14,153 bases of DNA from Octopus sinensis (Eukaryota). The stretch lies in the NCBI RefSeq assembly GCF_006345805.1, contig NW_021825859.1:1-14153 (forward strand). The letters are read 5' to 3'. Both the position numbers and the translations under genes were made by a program. Position 1 is the first letter of the stretch. Each line of letters starts with the position of its first letter. The notes under the pieces were generated by a model. The model worked only from the letters and a program-made list of their open reading frames with translations, was not told the origin of the DNA and made no database searches. Shown here piece by piece: positions 1 through 8,745 of this stretch.

Positions 1-270
1 TGAATTTTTCTGCTGCTTTAAATAAAGCATATTACTTCTACCACTGGTTTTGAGTACTCTTTCTTTCCACCTTGTTTCACATTTAATGTGTTTTTACTCG
101 CGTATATAATATATGCTTCCTTAATTATCTCCTAACTTAAGGTTAAAATTAAAATTGACATCTACCCAGCACATCTTCAGCTTCTTTTTCAAAATATTGT
201 TATACCTAATTTTACATCACCTGCGAGAAATGGCTAAAATTTTCCCTGTTTATAATATACTATGTGTTTA

Positions 271-294
271 CATACATACATACATATATAATAT

Positions 295-342
<48 letters not shown>

Positions 343-350
343 ATATATAT
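271..350. repeat. (CATA)n/(TA)n microsatellite with phase interruptions
   Basis: Directly visible. It adjoins the minus-strand SINE at 352-503 and is probably that SINE's internal microsatellite. Confidence 0.95.
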
Positions 351-351
351 T

Positions 352-503
352 AATCTCGACGTGCTTCTTTCAGTTTCTGCCTACCAAATACACTTAGATG
401 GGATTTGGTCGCCCTGAGTCGATAATTGTCCTAGATATCATGCAGTGCGACTGAACCCGGAACCATGTAGTTCAATACCAAACTTCTTACCACACAGTCA
501 CGT
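352..503 (-). mobile_element. tRNA-derived SINE, type A, 5' half
   Basis: The reverse complement has A-box-like TGACTGTGTGG (490-500) and B-box-like GGGTTCAGTCGC (447-458). Its body (357-388) matches 754-785 at 28/32 in inverted orientation and runs into (TA)n as the + copy does. Octopus-family assignment is from recall. Confidence 0.8.
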
Positions 504-690
504 TTTTAGCCGTGTCGATAACGGAGACAAAAGTTCCAATTTTGAACATTATTATAAATTATCAATCAGCCAAAACATTACTGGCATATTTCTAATTAGC
601 TTGCAAAGCTACATTTGGAAAGAAACTTTCAAAGCTGAAAGCAGGTTCTGTAAATCAAATTGAAACATCTAAAATAAATAAATAAATAAT

Positions 691-785
691 GTGACGCCTT
701 AGGCAGGGTCTTCTACTATAGACACGGACCAACCCCAAAACCTTGTGAGTGGTTTTGGTAGACGGAAACTGAAAGGAGCCCGTCG

Positions 786-845
<60 letters not shown>

Positions 846-1085
846 CATGCATGTGTGTGTGTGTGTGCGTCCGTATGTCTTTGCGGCTGTGTTTGTCCCC
901 ACCACCGTTTAAGAACCGGCGTTGGTGTGTTTACATACCCGTAACCTAGCGGCTCGGCAAAAAGTGATTAACAGAATAAGTACTAGTCTTTTAATGAATA
1001 AATCCTTTTGGGGTCGATTGTTTCACCCCATTAAGGTAGCGCTCAGGCATGGCCGCAGTCAGATGACTGAAACAAGCAAAGTTGA
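691..1085 (+). mobile_element. SINE type A, 5'-truncated, with internal (TA)n(TG)n array (786-868)
   Basis: Shares GGTAG..GAAACTGAAAG..GTCG with the copy at 352-503. Shares the 3' module (TTTGTCCC...CGGCAAAA...AGAATAAGTACTAG...CATGGC.GCAGTCA.ATGA.TGAAACAA) with the copy at 1103-1396. Confidence 0.8.
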
Positions 1086-1102
1086 TTAAAATGAAGTATA
1101 CA

Positions 1103-1109
1103 TATGCGT

Positions 1110-1148
<39 letters not shown>

Positions 1149-1396
1149 AGTGTGTGTGTATGTATGCTTGTGTGTGTGTATGTTTGTCTGTGAGTATGTG
1201 TTTGTGTGTCTGTATTTGTCCCTGCAGCATCGCTTGACAACTGATGCTAGTGTGTTTGCTTCCCTGTAAATTAGCAGTTCGGCAAAAGATACCGATAGAA
1301 TAAGTACTAGGCTTACAAAGTACTTATTCTATCGATTTGCTCAACTAAAGGCGATGCACTACCATGGCTGCAGTCAAATGATTGAAACAACAAAAA
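1103..1396 (+). mobile_element. SINE type A, 3' half preceded by (TG)n, tandem to the previous copy
   Basis: Positions ~1200-1396 are colinear with ~885-1081. Confidence 0.8.
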
Positions 1397-1419
1397 TATA
1401 TATATATATCTATATATTC

Positions 1420-1467
<48 letters not shown>
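1397..1467. repeat. (TA)n microsatellite
   Basis: Directly visible; source of the spurious YIYI ORFs. Confidence 0.95.
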
Positions 1468-1468
<1 letters not shown>

Positions 1469-1528
1469 ACCAATATGGCGGTACTCAGAGCGTGTAGCCA
1501 TCGAGATAAAGATCCAATAAATGTTTTA

Positions 1529-1738
<210 letters not shown>

Positions 1739-1849
1739 TCATTAAAAATGGCTTCTATTAACGTCACACTTTTTTATTGTTTTTTCTGTCTTTGTTTTTT
1801 TTTTTCGTATTTTCACTGTTTGCATGTGTCCAGAAGAACTATGTTGATG

Positions 1850-2221
1850 CATGTATATATATATGTGTGTGTAAAAGTAGAGAGATCTGTATCTGTGCGA
1901 GTGTAGTTAGGTGAACATATCTGTATATGTATTTATGAGTGTTTACTTAGTTGAATAAATATATACATGTGTGTGTGTCATGTGTGCATTTGTGTGTATG
2001 TGTATCTGTACGTATAAGTGGAAGGAAGATCTGTATCTGTAATTACAAGTATATATATGTGTATCTCTATGTGTATGCCTGCATGCGTGCAAGATTACGT
2101 GTGTATGTGTGTTTCGATCTTTGTCTGTATCTGCGTATAAGATTATACATATGCGGGCAGCTGAATATCTGTGTGTTTCTACGTAATTTATTTATAGACC
2201 ATTGTTTCTTTACGCATACAT

Positions 2222-2261
<40 letters not shown>

Positions 2262-2763
2262 ATTTAAATCAACGTATCTTTAATTTAGGTTTATCTTTAA
2301 TGTTTTTGCGTATGTGTACGTCTGCAATCGCGCTTTTGTTTATATCTTATATCGTCAGTTGTATCAGTATCTTTTAGTAAATCGCTGAGTTATGGACACA
2401 TATGTATATATGTATGGTATGTACGTGCGCGCCAGTTTTGTTTCTATGTGTATGTGTATTTGTGTGAATATATGTCTGTTTGTGAGAATGTGTATCCGTG
2501 CGTATGTATTCAACTGTATGAGTTTGTGAGTATGTTACCTGAGCTATGTGTGTGTGTGTGTTCTTGTTTCTTATTCTGATGCTATTTGTTCAAACAATCT
2601 CCCCTTTACTTATCTTTTTACATCTTACGTGTATGTCTACATGTGCACGTATAAGACTATCTGAACCTTGACCCCTGTAATAGTGAATATGACTAAGTCA
2701 GTATGTATCAAATACACACGTATATACACCTAGTGTGTTTATATATATATACATATATATATA

Positions 2764-2830
<67 letters not shown>
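1850..2830. repeat. Degenerate TG/TA low-complexity tract including pure (TA)n at ~2225-2256 and ~2741-2826
   Basis: Directly visible; boundaries are approximate. Confidence 0.8.
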
Positions 2831-2929
2831 TTATTCATTTTTATTTGTATGTGTGAATTTCTGTATGGATGGTGACTAATTTGGTGACTCTAATAGTCTA
2901 TTGTTAAGATAAGATACCCGTGAGCATGT

Positions 2930-3350
2930 TTCTACGTGTGTATCTGTTTATGCAAGCAGTCGTTCTGTAATGTTATAGCATTGAATCTCAGTGTGTCTGT
3001 GAATAAGTGTGTATGCGTGCTTTTTTTAGTTTTTGTTGTTGTTGTTGCTTATTTGCTTGTTTTAAAATGTGAATGTAAACATGAGCTGTGTTGTGGCAGT
3101 GTCTTTTCCATTCTTCAGTCAGTATTTGTTCGTCAGTATGTGTACGTCAGTAAGTGTAGGTCAGTATGGTGTGTGTGTGTGTGTCTATGTGCGTATGAGT
3201 ATGTGTGCAAGTCTATGTGTGTGTGTATGCCTGTGTGTGCGTGTGTCTATGTTTGTGCATGTGTGTGATCTCTAAGTGTGTGTGTGTTTGTGTGTGTGCG
3301 TGTGTGGGCTCTCTAAGTGTTTGTGTGGTCGCATCAACGTGTGTATGTAC
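2930..3350. repeat. Degenerate (TG)n low-complexity tract
   Basis: Directly visible; gives Cys/Val-rich spurious ORFs. Confidence 0.8.
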
Positions 3351-3999
3351 ACGTAATTATATGTCAATCATAGTGTGTTTACATCAGTTACAATGGGATG
3401 AAACTCTGTTAGTATTTGTTTATAACATACGTGTACGTACGTATATGCGTGTTAGAAGACTGTTAAGATTAACAGCCATTGTTAATCTATTATCGCCATC
3501 AATACAATTATTCAATTACAGCAGTCCTATAAAAACACTGTTACAAGGTACATTCGCCTCTAACTTCGTTAGGAAATAATAGACCAACAGACATAAACAA
3601 ACGAAGCAAGGAGAAAACAGAGGTGGGGCGGGGACAGGGTATCTCAATTAAAACTCAAATTGACATATCTTCACTGCTGTGATTGTTTTTAAAGACCCAT
3701 TCAAAATCAAACCCAGTAATTCATTGGATGGGATATTTATGTTTTTATGACAACTTAGCATAGTTTTGTTTTCGTATTATTGGTACCAATAAAAACGCCA
3801 GGCATTACGGAAATAGAAAAGGAAAGAAAGAAATACATCTATTTCCAACACTACTGCCACCGATTCTATCACTAACCGGACCAATCTCAGTTATAGACAA
3901 CAACAAGTGAAAGAGTGCTGAAATGAACGCCCCCAAGACAATTTGAAAGGGTAATCAGAGAGACGATCGTAGGATTGCATTAGTTGGAATTCGAGAGCT

Positions 4000-4330
4000 A
4001 TTGGAAGAAAACAGCTAAGAGAACGGTGATGCACTGGGGTCTCATGATTAAAGGATGATAGATTCCAAATTACAGGTGCGTAAATTTTGTCACCGTACGT
4101 AATATGATTCAATGGAAAAGTGATTCGTCCTCCCAGAACCTCACACAGAGACACGTCACAACCTTTTGCAAAAGCAGTAAATTTACCCAGATTCCAACAT
4201 ACGAGATGAAGATGTTGGCTATGGCGTCAGAATTGAAAAACTAGTAGCTAGATGCATAGGCTGATCACCTGGGAGGAGACGGGAAAATAGGTCCTCAACA
4301 AAACTAGTCAGGTACTGGCGAGGAAGTTTT
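4000..4330 (+). mobile_element. Possible very decayed RTE-like LINE 3' fragment
   Basis: Weak motifs in mixed frames (YWKK ~4008, GKVIR ~4115, ITWEE ~4265). Their order and spacing resemble the RTE C-terminal W...GHV.R...I.WE pattern. Many stops; not secure. Confidence 0.25.
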
Positions 4331-4449
4331 GATCCAGCTGGACAAGCTCTTCGACCAGATAGACTACCCACACAGCATCCAACGTGCCAAAGCTTAATCT
4401 AATTCAATATAGATCTCCTCTAGTCTCAATGACACCAGCAGCAACACCA

Positions 4450-4828
4450 GGAGGCGCGATGGCCTAGCGGTTAGGTCACCGGACTCGCGGTCGGAGGATC
4501 GCGGTTTCGATTCCCAGACCGGGCGTTGTGTATGTTTATTGAGCGAAAACATCCGAAGCTCCACGAATCTCCGGCAGGGGGGGGGCGACGCCTGTTGTAC
4601 TCTTTCGCCCCAACTTTCTCTCACTCTTTCTTCCTGTTTCTTGTCCCCCGATTTCCTACGCGACCGCTGAGCCTGGATGCGCATTCATCCATCCGTCGAT
4701 GCTCTCGGTGTCAGGGGTTGACCTGCTTTCTCTTCTGCGGGTCTTACGAATAACAAAGGACCACGTTTCGGACTTCTCCCATCTTGCGACCTCTGGGACG
4801 AAGACTGTTCGCTCAACAGCAACAGCAA
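4450..4828 (+). mobile_element. Full-length tRNA-derived SINE, type B (~379 bp), with (AACAGC)n tail
   Basis: A box TGGCCTAGCGG (4460-4470), B box GGTTTCGATTCC (4503-4514) and a simple-repeat tail. Exact 14-bp flanking direct repeat CAGCAGCAACACCA at 4436-4449 and 4829-4842 (TSD). Confidence 0.9.
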
Positions 4829-5621
4829 CAGCAGCAACACCAACACCCCGACAATAAAAATAGATGCAACGGCAGTACACAAGCAAGCAGCTAAATCAAT
4901 GCCGAAAGATTGGAGAAGTGTCGATGAATTAAATAGTAGACGATGTAGTGCCTATTTTCTCCCTTAAAGAACAACACAAACAGCAACAGAAACCACACAG
5001 GTGCATCAAAGAGCGTGTTCTCTTCTCTAACTTACCTTAACTTTTATCAGAAATAGAATGTAGGTAATTGGCTCCTTGCAAACAGTAGTCATAATAAATT
5101 AAGATCAAAATTTCTTACAAACTGCCGTCAAAACATCAGGTACGAAAAGGTGCCATCTACCTTCCACCACCACAACCATCACAGTATCAGCAACGGCTTA
5201 TACAATGATGTAAAATTCGTTGTATCAGCCAACAAAACGCTAACAATTAAACATACACTACGAGAAAAATTGTAACCAAAATATCAACATCCCGCGAGAG
5301 AGAAAAACAAAAAAAAAAAGGATTTAAAAAAATAAGAAATGAGCGATGCAGTAGGAATAGAATAGCAGCATACTCTTCAAGTTCATTGTTATGTATAACC
5401 AACTTAGAATATCAACAGCAACAGCAACACCATGTTACGATGGATTATTATGTAATACAAAGTCTTATAAGAATACAGACAAGGGGTTTCAGCATCGACT
5501 GATTTCTCTGAAGTATAGAAGATGATAAAATTCTAGTGAGGATCACCACAGACGTATGCAAACACTTTCATCGAGGTTCCCACATGACACAGGATGCTTC
5601 AAAGCGTGATTGAACAGTGTA

Positions 5622-5845
5622 ATATTGGTTTCCAGAATTTTGAAGCGGGTGAGGAAGTCGACTACATCGACCCATGTGTTCAACTGTTTTTGTTTTTTGT
5701 TTTTTATCCAACCCCGAATGGATGAAAAGTAAAGTTGACATCCATGAGGCTAAGTCGATGAAAGATTAAGTCGTCGAAATTTGAACTCAGAACGTAAAGA
5801 CGGAAGAAATACCGCGAATAATATTGCCCGGCGTGCTAACGATTC
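5622..5845 (-). mobile_element. tRNA-derived SINE, type C, 5'-clipped copy
   Basis: Shares GTTAGCACGCCGG..GTTCTGAGTTCAAATT..GTCAACTTT..TTCATCC with the adjacent copy at 5846-5986. B box GTTCAAATT. The 5622 boundary rests on recalled consensus. Confidence 0.8.
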
Positions 5846-5986
5846 TTATTTCTCTAAACATAGATGAGACAAACAAGGATGAAGGCAAAGTTGACCTCGG
5901 CGGAATTTGAACTCAGAACTTAACAGCAGACGAAATACGGCTACGCATTTCGTCCGGCGTGCTAACGTTTCGGCCAGCTCGCCGCC
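5846..5986 (-). mobile_element. tRNA-derived SINE, type C, intact head, short or internally deleted body
   Basis: Starts GGCGGCGAGCTGGCCGAAACG (A-box-like); B box GTTCAAATTCC. Head-to-tail with the copy at 5622-5845. Confidence 0.85.
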
Positions 5987-6243
5987 ATCGACTTAAATAA
6001 TATTGTAGAGACCTTTGGAGAACGCCGTAAACCAATAATCGATTGCCAAATTGACACAAACATAAGTGAACTCTTCCATGACTTTGGGTGGGATTAAATA
6101 CGACTTCAACTGTTACAAAAATGGGTTCATTAGACTTTTATGTGTACTATATACACGCATTTTTGGTTAGCTTGTATCTCATTCATTCTTCTCAACATCA
6201 TCTTTCGTTAGGCAGCTGACACTGCCCTTGACACCATGCGCTA

Positions 6244-6245
<2 letters not shown>

Positions 6246-6282
<37 letters not shown>

Positions 6283-6300
6283 ACACACACACACACACAC
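6246..6300. repeat. (CA)n microsatellite
   Basis: Directly visible. Confidence 0.95.
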
Positions 6301-6332
6301 ATACATATATGAGTGTGAGTGACTGTGTATTT

Positions 6333-6443
6333 GTGAGATGGAGTGTTTTGCTCAAGAATAAAACTCACCACCCACTCTAAGAATTGAAGCCACGATATCG
6401 CGATCGTGAGCGCAACATCCTAACTATTATGCCATGCATACGC
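6333..6443 (-). mobile_element. SINE type D, head fragment
   Basis: The reverse complement has a degenerate A box (TGGCATAATAGTTAGG), a B-box-like GGCTTCAATTC and TTGAGCAAAACAC as in type B. 55/60 identical to 6469-6528. Confidence 0.75.
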
Positions 6444-6468
6444 ACCCCCCCACACACACACACTCATA

Positions 6469-6710
6469 TGGTTTCAATTCTTAGACTGGGTGGTGCGTTA
6501 TATTCTTGAGCAAAACACTTCATCTCACGTTCCTTTCCGATCACTTCGACGACTGACGTGTGGTACACCGTGCACCTGTTCAGGCATCGTTGATTTGATG
6601 GTGGGAATGAGCCAATACATAGCATATGCATTTGATCACTAAAAGCAAATCATTTGTGCAAGTCGTTCAGCAAAAACTGAACTGTCATACGTCGTCTTCG
6701 ACGGAAGATT
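6469..6710 (+). mobile_element. SINE type D, lacking the A box, with a 3' body different from type B
   Basis: First 60 bp match the inverted copy at 6333-6392. The 3' extent is from recalled consensus and the onset of microsatellites. Confidence 0.7.
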
Positions 6711-6716
6711 CTATCA

Positions 6717-6727
6717 CATACACACAC

Positions 6728-6802
<75 letters not shown>

Positions 6803-6825
6803 GTGTATGTATGTATGTATATATG
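6717..6825. repeat. (CA)n/(TA)n/(TATG)n compound microsatellite
   Basis: Directly visible. Confidence 0.95.
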
Positions 6826-7539
6826 TATAAATACGCATCAAGTCGAAACAGGAGCAGCTGATGAAGGGGAATATTCCTTGTATTGTTTGTCTTGTACTCT
6901 GTTTTTTCGTTGTTAAAAAAAGTCCGTTTCCTTGTTTGATTTTATGTTTTCGTTTCTCGTTGTGCTCTACGTCTATTTGTGGTGTCCTGTACTCATATAT
7001 GCATGTATATATTCATATACATGTAGGTATGTACATATATGTATGTATGTATGCATATGTTTTATTTATTAAATTGTTATTATATATATCAGGTTAGGGA
7101 TTTTCACGGATCTCCAAATGCATTTTTAGTAATTCGATCTATTTTTGCTGTAAAATCATGTCTGATAACCGATAACAGTAGACCAGCTATATGGAGCAAA
7201 CTACTAGTTTAATACCTAAATTGAATTGATGTGCGCGCGTGTGTATGTGCGTGTGTGAGAAAGTGAGAGAGAGGAGAGAGAGTGGGGAATGAGAGACTAA
7301 CGAAATAGATGCGTGAAGCTAAGGTGCCTTCTAGTATTTAATTTCCTTTTAGTTATGTCCATTTAAGACAATTCCAAATTGCATTTCTTTTCATGACAGA
7401 TTTAAGAACGAGATGAAGTACGTAGGACGATATTATCATCTGTAAACACTTGTAGGCTACCGACACACATGCTGATGTGTACAGGTGTAGTGCATGGAAT
7501 AATGTTCTCTTCTCTGCTCTGAGATGGCGTACGGCAGCT

Positions 7540-7800
7540 TAATTTACTACAACAATGCGAACATGGAATTAATTAGTGCAATTAGACAGGTCATTAGTTA
7601 TTCTGAAACATGCAATCAATGTTAATTTGGTCAATAAACTAGCATTACTGGTCACTCCTGATGTACATTCGTTTCCAAGCTTTGTTTCGTGCCAGATTTG
7701 CTGATTCATTATTTAATTAGCACCATTAATTGAGGAAACGAGAAAGCAATGGATATGAGCTAATTAGGCTGATGGTTTTAATGATAGTATTGCCAGTAAT
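7540..7800. promoter_or_regulatory. Candidate enhancer-like cluster of homeodomain cores
   Basis: 17 TAAT/ATTA cores counted in ~260 bp, including TAATTAG three times. Function is inferred only. Confidence 0.3.
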
Positions 7801-7870
7801 GTAAATGGTAGCAACAGCGTCGATAATGTCCTTGTTACCGTTGTCGTTATTTAATCCCAGCTGAGCCCTT

Positions 7871-7875
7871 ACCAT
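7871..7875. repeat. Target-site duplication ACCAT (left)
   Basis: Identical to 12400-12404; abuts the LTR terminus TG. Confidence 0.93.
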
Positions 7876-8118
7876 TGTTGTTGTTATATATATATAATGT
7901 ATTGAGTATTAAAGGAAGTAGTGAGTACTTAGTATGAAAGATTAAGAAAGTGAGAGAGACTGAAAAAACGTGTTAACGATACGAGATACTTTATTAGACT
8001 GCGCGTTGTTGTACAAGGTATTTCTTTGTTGTGGCGGGAAACTTACTGATTGTCCTTGTATCAAGGGAGACAATGGGCAACGTTAATTGTTCATGTTTGT
8101 TGTGATGATTACATAACA
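7876..8118 (-). repeat. 3' LTR (243 bp)
   Basis: TGTT...AACA termini. Differs from the 5' LTR by 4 substitutions, one AT unit and one G. AATAAA on the element strand at 7990-7995. Confidence 0.97.
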
Positions 8119-8132
8119 TCTTCCTTTTTTTT
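8119..8132 (-). other. Polypurine tract AAAAAAAAGGAAGA
   Basis: All-purine run on the element strand directly before the 3' LTR, overlapping the integrase stop codon. Confidence 0.92.
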
Positions 8133-8745
8133 ATCTGTATCTACAGGGAATAATTATTCGTCGTCCACTTTTTGTTGTTTTATTATTTTGTAGTGTTGAA
8201 TTCTGTAGTTGTGCTGTTTTTGTTTTTTCATGCGTGTTTGTTGACATTGGAAATATATTTTCATAATCTAATTCTTCTGTTATGCGAACGTGTTCGTTTG
8301 TTTTAAGAATATGTTGTCTATTTCGTTTGACTGTATTACCTTCCTCTGTTATTACTAAGTATGAACGAGGTTGCTCTAGTTTTTTAATTATTTTGCCCCT
8401 TCTAAACCAATTGTTGTTAAACTTAATTCTAACCGTGTCGTGTGGTTTTAACTCTGGAAGTTCTGTTGTAATTTTTGATTTCTTCTTTTCGTGAGGCCTG
8501 ATACCAATTTTGTCGTGTAGTAAGTTTGGGAGATTTGTTCGCAATGTTCTATTCATTATTTGATTTGCAGGGGATGGTGCACCATTTTGTAATTTAGTCG
8601 TGCGTAATGCTAAGAGCGCTAACTGAGGTTCTTCGCCACTTTTGAATGCCTTTTTTAGCGTCTTTTTTATTGTCTGCATATTTCTCTCAACCATGCCATT
8701 CGCTTGATGATAATGCGGGCTTGTCTTCGTGTGATGAAAATGCAA
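8131..8745 (-). pseudogene. pol: Integrase C-terminal half (SPHYHQANGMVER, third catalytic residue E; ends SGRRIIIPCRYR*)
   Basis: ORF translation. Joined to the upstream pol frame by a 1-nt break at ~8743, where one extra G would restore K-F-W-H-F-H-H. Confidence 0.93.

Noticed and set aside
4450-4525. Possible genuine tRNA gene
   Set aside because: A and B boxes are present, but there is no proper acceptor stem or oligo-T terminator, and it continues into a body, tail and TSD. It is a SINE head.
4394-4886. Overlapping ORFs including a signal-peptide-like poly-Leu (4685-4882, minus strand)
   Set aside because: They lie within the SINE; the Leu run is the antisense of the (AACAGC)n tail.
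5030-5092. Minus-strand ATG, 19 codons, then a perfect AAG|GTAAGT donor (possible first coding exon MTTVCKEPITYILFLIKVK)
   Set aside because: No homology, partner exon or acceptor support. A single donor match is expected by chance in 14 kb; spliced RNA-seq would be needed.
6841-6885. Hammerhead-like cores CGAAAC and CTGATGA with a GGAATATTCC palindrome
   Set aside because: GAAA precedes CUGAUGA with only ~9 nt between, too few for stems I and III, and the hairpin after CUGAUGA is followed by GTAT, not GAAA. Probably part of another repeat (~6830-7000) that I cannot establish from this window; an Infernal search would settle it.
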